Source of the DNA: an uncultured delta proteobacterium
Lineage (GTDB): Bacteria > Myxococcota_A > Polyangia > Palsa-1104
NCBI GenBank assembly: GCA_963785725.1
Contig: CAWAWS010000015.1
Location: forward strand, 160,001 to 224,000
Direction: 5' to 3'
DNA length: 64,000 nt
In this document: positions 1 to 12,201 of the stretch, piece by piece
Layout: each line of letters begins with the position of its first letter
Position numbering within the stretch: the first letter of the stretch is position 1
The notes under the pieces: generated by a model
The model's input: the letters and a program-made list of their open reading frames with translations, nothing else
Database searches by the model: none
Told to the model about the DNA's origin: nothing
Translations under genes and position numbers: made by a program

Positions 1-540
1 CTCCGCGTTCGTGACGTCCTCTGCCGACGACGAGACGCGCGTCTCGTTCGACTGCTTCGTGATCGGCACCTCCGGGTTCGCGCCCGCCAGTTGTGCTTCC
101 GCCTGCGCCAAATCGGCCTCGGCGCGATCGACGGCCACTTGATAGTCGCGCGGATCGAGCTCGATCAAGAGCTGACCCTCCTTGACGCGCATGTTGTCGT
201 CGACGTGCACCGCGGCCACGTTGGCGGCGACCCGCGCGCTCACCGACGCGATGTGCCCGTCGATCTGCGCGTCATCGGTGTCCTCGAACGAGCGCAGCCA
301 CAGCCACAGCAGCACGCCGCCGACGATGGCCGCGACGGCGAGCACGCCGAGCGCGACCGCCGCCCGCGGATGTCCCTGCCGCCACCGTCGCATGCGCACG
401 CCGCGCGGCGCTCGGGGCGGCGCGGGGTCGGCGTCAGGACCGTGCTCGTCGTGGCCGTCGCCGTCGTGCGCCTCGGACGCGGGCTGTTCCGCTTTTGCCC
501 ACGGCTCACGATGCGGCTCGGCGCCTTCGCTGTGCTCCAC
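1..540 (-). CDS. HlyD/EmrA-family membrane fusion protein (3' part runs off the window)
   Basis: Manual translation, not in the ORF track. A TM segment is followed by FEDTDDAQIDGHIASVSARV...VHVDDNMRVKEGQLLIELDPRDYQVAV. Start GTG 540 (alternative ATG 393). Confidence 0.85.
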   Translation of the reverse strand, partial: MEHSEGAEPHREPWAKAEQPASEAHDGDGHDEHGPDADPAPPRAPRGVRMRRWRQGHPRAAVALGVLAVAAIVGGVLLWLWLRSFEDTDDAQIDGHIASVSARVAANVAAVHVDDNMRVKEGQLLIELDPRDYQVAVDRAEADLAQAEAQLAGANPEVPITKQSNETRVSSSAEDVTNAE

Positions 541-852
541 CTGGTGTTGATAGGGACGGCGCTCCCGTCTGCTACCCGGCCCAGCGTATTTTCGCGGCCG
601 ACGACTCGACCGGTCAAATGGAGAGCCGGAGCGCCGCGCCGCCCCGACTTTCCCTCAAGACGCGCGGCCGTACGGACGAGCTTCGGCTCGTCCGTGCGCG
701 GGCCACGGGTCCATGCGCCTACGGTAGGACGGGTCGTCGACGACGCAAGCGCCGACGGCGACGCGGTCGCAATAGGTGGCCATGGGTGACGAAATCGCCA
801 CGAGTGTGCAGGCGGCTGGTGCGCTTTTCCCGCATAGGCTAGCGTGCACGCC

Positions 853-2623
853 GTGAGCAAGGCCAAGCAAGAGCGGCAACGGCGTTTCGCGTTCGTCGTC
901 GTCGTCGCGCTCGGCGGCAGCGTGGGTTGTGCCGATCGGCCCCTCGCGCTGCCGGGCAGCGGCGACAACGGCAATGGCGGCGGCAGCCAGCAGCAGCGGC
1001 GGCGGCAACGCCGGTGGCAACGGCAAAGGCGGCGGCAGCGGCAAAGGCGGCGGCGGTGGCAGCGGGGCGAACGGCGGCGGCGGCGGCAGCGGCGCATCGA
1101 CGCCGGCGCCGCGCCTGCTCGCGCCCATGTCGACGTCGACGGTCACCTCGCCGCGTCCGCATCTGCGCTGGAGCATGCAGGGCGTCGTCGGCAGCGCCAG
1201 CGTCGACGTGTGCGCCGATCGCGGCTGCACCCAGGTCATCGGCAGCGCCACCGTCGACGGCAGCGGCGCCGCCGCGCAGCCCGACGCGCCGTTGCCCGCC
1301 GGCGTCGTCTTCTGGCGCGTCCGTGCCGGGGCCACCACCAGCGCGACCTGGGAATTGTTCGTCGGTCACGGCAGCGGCGGCGCCGCCGACTCGAGCTACG
1401 GCGCGACCCTCGATCTCGACGGTGATGGCGTGCCCGACGTGGCGTTGACGCTGGCGTCGGGCGCCGTCGCCGTCTACCTCGGCGGCGCGGCGGGTCTTCA
1501 GCGGGCGCCGCTGGTGCTCGCCGATCCCGAAGCCGCCGGCGCCGCTTTCGGCTACGTGCTGGCGCCCGCGGGCGACGTCAACGGCGACGGCTACGGCGAT
1601 CTCGCCGTCGGTGAATGCGAGCGTTATCAGAGCGGCGGCGCCGTGCGCGTCTATCTCGGCGGCGCCGGCGGACCCAACCTCGCGGCGCCGGTCACGCTCG
1701 CCGCCAGCGACGGGCTCAAAGGCTTCGGCTGTCGTCTCAGCGCCGCCGGCGACACCGACGGCGACGGCTTCGGCGACGTCGCCGTCGCGCGCGTCGGCGA
1801 CGATTTTTCCGGCAGCCTCTACGTCTTTCGCGGCAGCGCCGGTGGCATGCAGACGACGACGACGCGCATCGACTCGCCCGATCAGAATCCGTCGCGCCTC
1901 GGCTACTCGCTCGCCGGCGCCGGCGACCTCGACGGCGACGGCTACGCCGATCTCGTCGCCAGCGAGATCGCGGTCAGCGACTTGACCGGCCACGTCCACG
2001 TCTACCTCGGCGGCGCGGGCGGCATCTCCAACGCCCACGTCTTGACCTTGCCGAGCGTCGATCCCGACGGCTTGCAGTTCGGCGGCACCGTCGCCACGGC
2101 CGGCGACGTCGACGGCGACGGCCATCCCGACTTCGTCGTCGGCGCGCCCGTCGTCTCGACCGCCAAGCTCGACGCCAAGGCGCACGTCTATCGCGGCGGC
2201 GCCGGCGGCGTGCCGGCGGGCCAAACGCCCATCGAGCTCGACGCCGACGGCTCGCCCGGATTTGCCACCGAAGTCGAAGGCGGCGGCGACGTCGACGGCG
2301 ATGGCCTCGCCGACGTCATCGTCGCGTCGTCGAGCAGTGTGACGCTGTTCTCGGCCGGCAAAGGCAGCGGCGTCTCCGTCGCCGCCAGCGGTCAAGGCGT
2401 CAACCCGCGCCACGTCAGCGTCGCCGGCGATCTCGACGGCGATGGCTACGCCGACATCATCGTCGCCGACAGCGCGGGCGTGGAGCAGATCCCGGGCGGC
2501 AAAAACGGCCTCGATCGCACGCGCGCAGCCACCGTCGCCGCGCCCGCCGGGCAGTCCGGCTTCGGCGGCGCGGTCGTTCGTCGCGCCCATCCGCGCCCCG
2601 TCAGAGGTCGTCCGCGCGCGTAA
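853..2623 (+). CDS. FG-GAP/integrin-alpha repeat lipoprotein (frameshift near 988)
   Basis: Repeated AGDxDGDGxxD motifs in ORF 929-2623. The signal peptide and lipobox (FAFVVVVALGGSVGC) lie in the 844 frame and join through a Gly-rich linker near 988. Confidence 0.8.
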
Positions 2624-2813
2624 CGGACTCGACCCCCACTGCAACTCATCGTCGGCAGAAGACACACCCCGAACAAAGTCTGCACGAATGCGCTGGGTTG
2701 CCGCTTCGCGTCACGCATGTAAGAAATAGTCATACGTTGGTGTCTCGTGTGCGAGACGTGGGAGGAGTATTTCCCCAGCGGCCGTAAGGCCCCGACGATG
2801 TTACGCTCGCAGA

Positions 2814-4133
<1,320 letters not shown>

Positions 4134-4163
4134 GCGCTGCCACTGAGCGCAGGGTCATATCCG

Positions 4164-5559
4164 TTGATTAAGCCCGAGGTTACGCGCGGCGCCGTCGAGC
4201 GGACGTTCGGCCGTTATCAGCTGCTGGAACCGTTGACCAAAGGCGGTATGGCCGAGGTATGGCGCGCGAAGCTCGTCGGTGCCGAGAGCTTCGAGCGGCC
4301 GATGGTCATCAAGCGCATCCTGCCGCATCTGTGCGACGACCCGGCGTTCGTGCGCATGTTCATCACCGAGGCGCGGCTCTCGGCGCGGCTGAACCATCCC
4401 AATATCGTGCAGGTGTTCGAGCTCGGCGACGTCGACGGCGAGCTGTTCATGGCGCTCGAGCTCATCAACGGCGCCGACTTGGCGACGCTGCTCAACTCGG
4501 CGCAGCAGGCGCTGCCGCTCGGATTGTGCGCGCTCGTGGCCCACGAGATTCTGTCGCGCGCTCTCGTACGCGCAGAGCGTGCCCGACGAGTTCGGCAAGC
4601 CGCTGGCCATCGTCCATCGCGACGTCAGCCCGTCGAACGTCATGATCGGCTACGACGGCCAGGTGCGCCTGCTCGACTTCGGCATCGCCAAGGCGCTCGG
4701 CGCCGCCACCGACCATCGCTCGCGCACCGGCAGCATCAAGGGCAAGCTCAGCTACATGGCGCCCGAAGTCTTCGACGGCGCGCCCTTCGACCATCGCAGC
4801 GACCTGTTTGCCGTCGGCGTGCTCTTGTACGAGATGCTGACCGGGCGGCGCCTCTTTCGCGCCGAGGACGAGCTGCAGACGATGGCGCTCGTGCGCGCTT
4901 GCCAGGTGACGCCGCCGTCGCACGTGAACCCCGACATCACGCCGGAGCTGGAAGCGGTCACGATGCGGGCGCTGGCGCGCAATCCGCGCGAGCGCTACGC
5001 GCACGCCGACGACATGATGGCCGACATCGCGCCGCTCTTGCATGACCTGCGTTGGGGCGCGCGCGAGACGATGGGGGTCTTGCAGCGACTGGTGCCGGCG
5101 ACGAGCTTGTCCGAGCCGACGGGCACGAAGTCGGCGTCGGCGTGGGTTGCGCGCGGCAGCTCCAACAGCGCGCCCACGTCGCTGACGCCGGCGGGCGGGC
5201 GGCGACCGGTGTGGCCGCTCGTCGCCATCGCCGTGTTGACGGTGGCGCTGGCGGCGTCGGTGACGCTGGCGTTCACGCGCTCGCGGACGCGCCCGCAGCC
5301 GCGCGCGATTCCGCTCGTGACGGCGCCGCTGGTCGCGCCGCCGCAGCCGGCGACGCCGCCCGTCATCGTGCAGCCGACGACGCCGCCGCCGGTCGTCGCG
5401 CCGCCGACCGCGCATGCCGTCGCCGAGCCGGCGGCGCGCGAGCCGGAAGCGCCGAGCAGCGACAGCGAGCCCAAGGCGCACGCGAGCAAGAAGAAGAGGG
5501 CGGCGAGCAAGCATCACGCTTTGGACCTCGAGCGCGGCGATGTGCTCGACAAGCTGTAG
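4164..5559 (+). CDS. Membrane Ser/Thr protein kinase (frameshift near 4550)
   Basis: GGMAEV, IKRILP and HPNIV in the first frame. [23 protein letters not shown] and DLFAVG in the second frame, then a TM helix and Pro-rich tail. Confidence 0.9.
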
Positions 5560-5566
5560 CCTGCGC

Positions 5567-6386
5567 ATGTTGCTGCTGGCGCTCGTCTGCTCGTTCGCCG
5601 CGAGCGCCAACGCTCGCCCGGAGACGCCCGCGCGCGGCAAGGCGCACCTCGAGCGCGGCCTGCAGCTCTATCGCGACGGCATGTATCAGCAGGCGATCGC
5701 CGAGTTCGAGAGCGGCTACGCGGCGCTGCCGCGGCCGGCGTTCCTGCTCAACATCGCGCAGGCGTATCGCAAGCTGAACCAGCTCGAGCGCGCGCGAAAT
5801 TACTACCAGCAGTTCGCGCTCAAGACGACGCGCAGCGATCCGGCGCGGGCCCAGGCGCTGGCCATCGCCGACAAGATCGACGCGCAGCTGCGCGCGCAAG
5901 CCGCCGAAGCCGCGCACTCGCCGCAGCCGCCGGCGCGCGAGCCCGAAGCCGCGCCGCCGGCGACGGCGACCGCGCCGTCGATTGCGACGACGGCGCCGCC
6001 GGCGACCGGCACCGTCGCGTCGCCGTTCGAAGCGCCGCCGGCCGCCGAGGCGCGCGCGCCGAATTCACGCACGCCCGGCTGGGCCGGCGTCGGCCTCATC
6101 GCCGGCGGCGTGGCCGTGCTCGGCGTCGGCTTGGGCCTCACGTTGCAGTCGCTGCAGCTGCAAGAATCGCTATCTGCATCCGACGATGGGCACCGTCTAC
6201 GATCCGAATCTCATCGAGCAGCGCGACCTCTTTCGTAACGTGGGCGTCGGCTTCTTGGCCGGCGGCGGCGCGCTCGTCGTCGTCGGCGTGGCGCTGGCGG
6301 CGCGCTATCTGCCGGCGTCGCACGTCACGCGCGCCTCGCAGGTCGTGCGCGTCGGCCTGGCGCCGCGGCTGGACGTGACCTTTTGA
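5567..6386 (+). CDS. Secreted TPR protein with C-terminal TM segments (frameshift near 6165)
   Basis: Signal peptide MLLLALVCSFAASANA. TPR pattern GLQLY...AIAEF...Y...LLNIAQAYRKL. Pro/Ala linker. Hydrophobic C-terminus continues in the 5982 frame to ...LDVTF. Confidence 0.8.
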
Positions 6387-7867
6387 GCGCGCGCGTCGCC
6401 GTCGTCTTCGTCGCGGTCGCGGTCGCGGGCTGCTTCAGCGGCCGCCCGCTTCCCGGCGCCTACAGCTGCACGAACGCGACGAGCCCGTGCCCGGTCAACT
6501 ACGTCTGCATCGCTGGATTGTGCCAACCGCCCAACGCCGACCTCGGCGGGGTCGCCGGCGGCGGCGGTGGCGGAATCGCCGGCGGCGGCGGCGGCGGCGG
6601 CACCGGCACCGCGGATGTCGGCGACAAGTGCACGCAGTCGAGCGACTGCCAGACCGCCAACTGCGACACCACGAACGGAACCTGCGAGCTGGCGCCTCTG
6701 TCGCCGGGGTGGGTGTCGATCGGTCCCATGGCCTTCGCCCGCTTGCGGCCGACGGTGCTGCTGCGCGCCGACCATTCGATCATGGCCGCCGGCGGCGGCA
6801 TCACCGCGACGAACACCGTCGACGCCAGCGTCGAGGTCTACCTGCCCGCGAGCAGCAAGTGGCAAGACATCAGCGGCAACACGGCCCCGCCCTACGCCAA
6901 CCTGTTCTACGCGAATCAGAGCGCCGCTGCCGCGGAGCTCGGCGGAACGCTCTACATCGCCGGCGGCGGCGGCCAAGAGATCACGCTGCAGAAGTACGTG
7001 CCTGCGCAGGGAATGACCGCGGCCGCGTTCGTCTCCGTCACCAACAACACCGGCGTCTTCATCGATCAGGCCGGCAGCGCCGTCATGGGCGGCAAGCTCT
7101 ACGTCTTCGGCGGCTATCAAGCGGCGAACGTCGTCGGCGCCAAAGCCGAGTACTACGATCCGACGGTCAATCCGCCGACGGGAACGTGGACGAGCTTGGG
7201 CATCCTCAACACGGCGCGACGCGCGCTCGCCGGCGTGCTCGGCCCCGACGGAACCATCTACGCGATGGGCGGTCACGGCGACGGCAGCAACGACGTCACG
7301 CTCGCCAGCATCGAGACCTACGTGCCGGCGAGCTTCTCTTGGGTCCGCGCGTCGATGCCGATGCCGCAGGCACGCGAAGATCTGGCGGCCGCGACCGGTC
7401 CCGACGGTCGCATCTACGTCATCGGCGGCCTCGCGGGCGGCAAGGCGCAGAACACGGTCATGGTGTACACGCCGTTGCCGTCGGGCGGCGGCCGTTGGAC
7501 GACCGGCATGTCGATGCCATCGCCGCGCAGTGGGCTGGGCGCGGTCACCGGCGCCGACGGGCTCATCTACGTCATCGGCGGCGCCGACGCTTCCGGCACG
7601 CCGCTCAACACCGCCGCCTACTACGGCCCCAAAGTCACCGTCGTCGGCACCAACCTGCAAGGCAGCAACTTCGCCGCGAACGCCGTCGTCAGCGTCTACG
7701 ACGCGCCGACCGCCAGCGGCACCGCGGTCGGCACTGGCACGACCGACATGAACGGCCTGTTGGGCTCGGCGATTTCGCTCAGCATGCTGACGACCGGCGT
7801 GCACACGCTGACGGTCATGGACAACCACAGCCGCTACCCCGTGCAAACGACGTATACGGCGCCCTAG
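6383..7867 (+). CDS. Kelch-repeat lipoprotein with Cys-rich N-terminal modules
   Basis: Lipobox VAVAGC. Kelch motifs LYVFGG, IYAMGG, IYVIGG with W and PxxR. TTG start overlaps the upstream stop. Confidence 0.88.
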   Translation: MSARVAVVFVAVAVAGCFSGRPLPGAYSCTNATSPCPVNYVCIAGLCQPPNADLGGVAGGGGGGIAGGGGGGGTGTADVGDKCTQSSDCQTANCDTTNGTCELAPLSPGWVSIGPMAFARLRPTVLLRADHSIMAAGGGITATNTVDASVEVYLPASSKWQDISGNTAPPYANLFYANQSAAAAELGGTLYIAGGGGQEITLQKYVPAQGMTAAAFVSVTNNTGVFIDQAGSAVMGGKLYVFGGYQAANVVGAKAEYYDPTVNPPTGTWTSLGILNTARRALAGVLGPDGTIYAMGGHGDGSNDVTLASIETYVPASFSWVRASMPMPQAREDLAAATGPDGRIYVIGGLAGGKAQNTVMVYTPLPSGGGRWTTGMSMPSPRSGLGAVTGADGLIYVIGGADASGTPLNTAAYYGPKVTVVGTNLQGSNFAANAVVSVYDAPTASGTAVGTGTTDMNGLLGSAISLSMLTTGVHTLTVMDNHSRYPVQTTYTAP

Positions 7868-8616
7868 CCATCCTGGAACAGGTGCTTGAAGAAGCGCTCG
7901 CGATTGGCCAGGAAGTCGCGCGTGATCTGATAGTGCTCGGTCGCTTCGTAGACGATGGGCGCGATGCCGTCGCCGTCGAGCCGATAGATCGTCGCGTCGG
8001 GATAGGCCATCAAGATCGGCGAATGCGTGGCAATGATGAGCTGCGAGCCGCGCAAACGGACGAGCCGATCGATGATCTGGAGCAGCGCCAGCTGCCGGCT
8101 CGGTGACAGCGCCGCTTCCGGCTCGTCGAAGATGTAGAGCCCGTTGCCATGCAGCCGCGTCGCCGCCAGCGCCAAGAACGACTCGCCATGGCTCTGCTCG
8201 TGCAGCGACGCCGCGCCGTAAGCCGGTCCGATCGGCGCTCCGCCCGGCTCGCGGTCGAGATCCTCGATGTGCGTGGCGACGTTGAAGTAGCTCTCGGCGC
8301 GCAAGAAGTAGCCGTCGCGCTCGCGCTTGGCGTTGCGCGAGAGCCGCAAGACCGTGTGCAGGCTCGACTCCGAGCGGCGCGTGGCGAAGCGGAAGTTCTT
8401 GCTGCCGCCTTCGGCGTTGAACCCGGCAGCGACGGCGACGGCTTCGACGAGCGTCGACTTGCCGGCGCCGTTCTCGCCGACGAGGAACGTGACGCGCGGG
8501 TGCAGCGCGAGCGTCGTCAACGCGCGAATCGCCGGAATCGCGAACGGGTAGTCGTCGAACGACGGCACGCGATCGCGCAGCAGCGTCAGCGAGCGAATGA
8601 AGCCGTCGCGAGTCAT
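7864..8616 (-). CDS. ABC-like AAA ATPase (COG3910-type predicted ATPase)
   Basis: GENGAGKST, FLRAES, QSHGESF, DEPEAALS, IATHSP. Confidence 0.9.
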   Translation of the reverse strand: MTRDGFIRSLTLLRDRVPSFDDYPFAIPAIRALTTLALHPRVTFLVGENGAGKSTLVEAVAVAAGFNAEGGSKNFRFATRRSESSLHTVLRLSRNAKRERDGYFLRAESYFNVATHIEDLDREPGGAPIGPAYGAASLHEQSHGESFLALAATRLHGNGLYIFDEPEAALSPSRQLALLQIIDRLVRLRGSQLIIATHSPILMAYPDATIYRLDGDGIAPIVYEATEHYQITRDFLANRERFFKHLFQDG

Positions 8617-8697
8617 CGCGGGCGAGTATTGCAGATGGAAGGAGGGTGGCGAAAGCGGGGCGGGCTTACGAGCGCCGAGCGGGCGTGGCGCTGAGAA

Positions 8698-10380
8698 TTA
8701 CGGGCAGAACGTGACTTCGAACTGCGTATCCGACGGGCAGGTGTGCAAGCCGTTGGCGTCGTCGTAAGCGTACGAGTAGGCGCTCGGGCACATCGAGTGC
8801 ACCGCGGCGACGTAGCTCGTGTGCACGACCGAGCGCGCATCGGCGGCGTTGCTGCACGCCTGCGACGTCATGCAGCCGTTGGCCACGGTGCAGTTGCCGG
8901 TCGAGGGATCGATCGGCGTCGGGCAGCACATATGCAAAGCCGGGTCGGTGCTCTCGGGCAAGCCGACGCCCCACGGCGCCGGGTAGTTGAGCTTCTTGCA
9001 CGGCGAGATGCAGCCGATGACGTTGCCGGCCGAGTCGCGCACGCGCTCATCCTCGGCGGCGTACTGCGGGAAGGCGCCGCCTTCGCTCAAGTTGTCGCTG
9101 CCGGGGCAGCCGTTGACGTTCAGGTTGCCGCAGTCGGACGCGACGCAGGCGCCCGAGTTGGCGCCGTCGCCCATCGGCTGGACCTTGAACGGCAGGGTAA
9201 AGCCGTCGACCTGGCTGATGTTGTACCAAGTCTGCGCGCTGCCACCGACGGCGGCGAAGGTGACCTCGAACTTCGAGTCGATGGGCGGCTGGCAGCCGTT
9301 GGCCGGGCAGGGCACGCCGCCACCTTGGCCGTTGTCACCGATGGAGCAGTTGTGGCCCGTCGAGTCGCAGCCGATCTTGGGCCAATAGCGCACGGCCGCG
9401 ACGCCGCCCGTGGGAATGGCGTAGTCGTGCGACTGGCCCTTGCCGAGCTCGATGTTCTGCGGATTCGGGTCGGCGCTGTCGTGGGCGATCCAGATGTTCT
9501 GGCTGCAGTTGTTGACGATGCGCAGACGCGTCGGCAAGGTGCCGGTCGAGCCGCCGCCGCTGGTGGTGCCGCCGCCGCCGCCCGACGACGTCGTGCCGCC
9601 GCCCGAGCCCGAGCTGCCGGCCGAGCCGCCCATCATGCAGGTCGCGCTCTCGTTGGCGTTGCACTGCGTGTAGATGACCTGGCTCGCCTGGTTGAAGCAG
9701 GAGCCGTCGGTGGGGCAGCAGTAGTAGCCGGTGGGGCAGTTGCACTTGGACAGCTCCCCGCCCGTGCACTGCGCGCCGCCGAGGCCGGAGCCGCCCGACG
9801 ACGTCGTGCCGCCCGACGAGCTCTTGATGGTCACGAAGAACGACTCCCAGCCGCTGATGGCGGTGCGATCGGCGGTGACGCCGGCGCCGCCGCCGTTGGC
9901 GGCCGAGACGTAATCGCCGCTGATCTCGGTCTGCAGCGCGATCTGATTGCCCGAGGCGAGCACCTGGCCGCCGGTGCCGCCGATGATGAGGACGCGGAAC
10001 GTCTCCCACGTGCTGGCGACGGTGCGATTGGCGGCGAGCGAGCTGCCGCCGCCGTTGTTGGCCGACCAATAGCTGTTGTTGAGCGTGCCGATGTAGACGA
10101 GGTCGCCGTTCTGCAGCGTGCCGCCGTTGAGATCGTAGAGCGTAAAGGTCTCCCACGTGCTGGCGACGGGGCGGTTGGCGTTGATGGCGCCGCCGCCGCC
10201 GTTCTCGGCCGTGACGAAGTCGCCGACGATCGCAGTCTTCAAGTTCACCGAGTACGAAGGCAGCGTCGAATTGGCCGACGAAACTCCAGGCGAGCCGGTC
10301 GAGGTCTCGGCGCCGCAGCCGGAGAGCAGGAGCGCGGTCGCGGACAGTGCCGACAGCGCGAAGGTTGAAAGACGAGTCAT
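8698..10380 (-). CDS. Lipoprotein with fascin-like beta-trefoil and thaumatin-family domains
   Basis: ATG 10380 with GGAGG RBS. Lipobox LLSGC. Three AxNGGG...ANR...WETF repeats. Thaumatin motifs NNC...IW, YNISQVDGF, CISPC, CPSAYSYAYDD, VTFCP. Confidence 0.88.
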   Translation of the reverse strand: MTRLSTFALSALSATALLLSGCGAETSTGSPGVSSANSTLPSYSVNLKTAIVGDFVTAENGGGGAINANRPVASTWETFTLYDLNGGTLQNGDLVYIGTLNNSYWSANNGGGSSLAANRTVASTWETFRVLIIGGTGGQVLASGNQIALQTEISGDYVSAANGGGAGVTADRTAISGWESFFVTIKSSSGGTTSSGGSGLGGAQCTGGELSKCNCPTGYYCCPTDGSCFNQASQVIYTQCNANESATCMMGGSAGSSGSGGGTTSSGGGGGTTSGGGSTGTLPTRLRIVNNCSQNIWIAHDSADPNPQNIELGKGQSHDYAIPTGGVAAVRYWPKIGCDSTGHNCSIGDNGQGGGVPCPANGCQPPIDSKFEVTFAAVGGSAQTWYNISQVDGFTLPFKVQPMGDGANSGACVASDCGNLNVNGCPGSDNLSEGGAFPQYAAEDERVRDSAGNVIGCISPCKKLNYPAPWGVGLPESTDPALHMCCPTPIDPSTGNCTVANGCMTSQACSNAADARSVVHTSYVAAVHSMCPSAYSYAYDDANGLHTCPSDTQFEVTFCP

Positions 10381-10404
10381 CGTGGCCTCCTGTCGGTCGC
10401 TTAG

Positions 10405-10420
10405 AGCAGGATGCGGGCCG
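10405..10420 (-). promoter_or_regulatory. Putative sigma54 promoter of the thaumatin gene
   Basis: CGGCCCG-CATC-CTGCT (GG-N10-GC) about 25 nt upstream of the ATG. Confidence 0.5.
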
Positions 10421-10809
10421 ATATCGAAGTAGCCGTAACCACAGTCAGATCCAGCGTCGTTTGCGACTGTTTCTGTCTCGGCATCGATACAAAGTGAGGA
10501 GGTGACCCCCGCAAAACACGCGACCGCACGCACGTGACAACGCGCGCTGTCAGCACACGCCGTGGACGCGCGCGTATGACCCGCGGCGTTGACCGGCGGT
10601 GACGAAGCCGCGCGGCGCAATGGGGTGCGCGCGGCGCGATGCCGGCGCGGCGCCGATCGTTTCACGTCCTGACGTCGCGACGATCGGGCGCGCGGCTCGA
10701 GCGGAGTCGGTAGGCAGAGCGGCGTTGGCGCGAGTCGGCTACGGACCCGAAACGACGCGCCAAACGATCGGGATTCAGCGCGCGCGCGTCCGAAATCGCC
10801 GTCGAGGGG

Positions 10810-12201
10810 ATGGTCGTCTCCATTCCGCGACCCATAAAGACGAACGTGTATTCGCGACTGAGATCGAGACGTGCCCTGGTCGTCTCGATCCTGGTCTCGC
10901 TGTTGGCTTGCGACGTCGCGCAAGCGCAGCTGCCGCCGCCCGATCCCAACGCCGGCCAGCGCGCCGACGCCCGGATCGAGCCGGAAGAGGATCCGAACGC
11001 GGTGGCCTTGGCGCTGCCGCGTCTCCTCCTGTTGCCGCTGCGCGGGCTCGTGCTCGGCTTGGCGTGGCCGCTGAAAAAGTTCGCCGACTTCTCGGAGTTT
11101 CACCACACGATGCAGTGGTTCACCGACGCGACGACGACCTCCGACGGCAAGCGCGGCGTGCTCATCAACTTCGACTTGCAGGCGCACTTCGTCCCGTCGG
11201 CGGGCTTGACCTACTACGATCACAAGTCGCTCGGCCCCGACTCGACGTTGGAAGTGCGCGCCTCGGTCGGCGACAAAGAGATCGCCCAAGGCGGCATCTA
11301 CGTGCGGCCGCTGCGCAAGGCCAGCTGGACGCAGATCGACGGCCACTTCGACTTCATCCATCGCGACGACCAATACTTCGACGGCAGCGGCCCGCCCAGC
11401 AGCGCCACGGCCTCGCGTTATCGCCTCGACTCGCTCTACGCCATCGCCGGCTTGCATCGCCGGATCGCCTGGCCGCTCTACGTCGACTTGACCGGCGAGA
11501 GCGGCTGGAAACGCTTCGGCGACGGGCGGCAGTTCTACGAAGCCGGCCCCATCGGCGACCACTTTTGCGTGCGCGTCCTCGGCCGCTGTGAGTTCGGCAA
11601 CGTCGACAATCGCCTCGTCCCCGGCTTCGACTCGGGCACGCAGTTCATGCGCGGCTCGGCCACCGTTCGCGTCGACACCAACACGCGGCCGCTCGAGCCG
11701 CAAGGCGGCTTCTTCGCCAGCTTCACCGCCGACTACACGCACGGCATCTTCGGCGACGAGACGAGCTACTTCCGCCTTCATCCCATCTTGGGCGGCGTCA
11801 TCGATCTCTGGCACCGCAGCCACATCCTCATCTTGCGCGCCTCGGCCATCATGGTCGAGCCGGTCGGCCACTCGACCGTGCCCTTCTCCGAGCTGCCGGT
11901 GCTCGGCGATCCCGACGCGCTGCGCGGCTTCATCCTGGGCAGCGTCCGCGACCGGTCGCTGCTCGTGTATCGCGCCGAATATCGCTTCCCGATTTGGATG
12001 TACAGCGACGCCTTCGTCTTCGCCGATTACGGCGCCGTCTACAAACACAACTTCGCCGACTTCAACGATCGGCGCACCTACTGGGATCTCGGCTTCGGCA
12101 TTCGCGCCTATTCGCAGTCGCAGTTCTTCGTCCACCTCGGCGTCGCCTACGGCTTCGGCGGCGGTGGCTGGCAGTTTTACGTTCGCGGAGACGCCAAATG
12201 A
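10810..12201 (+). CDS. Omp85/BamA-TamA family outer-membrane barrel, no obvious POTRA domains
   Basis: Signal peptide, amphipathic beta-strands, LRGF loop motif, AEYRFP, FADYG, GFGIR. True start uncertain (10810-10872). Confidence 0.75.
   Translation: MVVSIPRPIKTNVYSRLRSRRALVVSILVSLLACDVAQAQLPPPDPNAGQRADARIEPEEDPNAVALALPRLLLLPLRGLVLGLAWPLKKFADFSEFHHTMQWFTDATTTSDGKRGVLINFDLQAHFVPSAGLTYYDHKSLGPDSTLEVRASVGDKEIAQGGIYVRPLRKASWTQIDGHFDFIHRDDQYFDGSGPPSSATASRYRLDSLYAIAGLHRRIAWPLYVDLTGESGWKRFGDGRQFYEAGPIGDHFCVRVLGRCEFGNVDNRLVPGFDSGTQFMRGSATVRVDTNTRPLEPQGGFFASFTADYTHGIFGDETSYFRLHPILGGVIDLWHRSHILILRASAIMVEPVGHSTVPFSELPVLGDPDALRGFILGSVRDRSLLVYRAEYRFPIWMYSDAFVFADYGAVYKHNFADFNDRRTYWDLGFGIRAYSQSQFFVHLGVAYGFGGGGWQFYVRGDAK

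Noticed and set aside
7864..8616. AAA ATPase as part of an anti-phage system
   Set aside because: No partner nuclease, TOPRIM or HNH gene is adjacent, and it matches a common stand-alone family.
10381..12135. Extension of the thaumatin ORF to 1145 aa
   Set aside because: It is the antisense shadow of the Omp85 gene. The real start at 10380 has an RBS and a lipoprotein signal.
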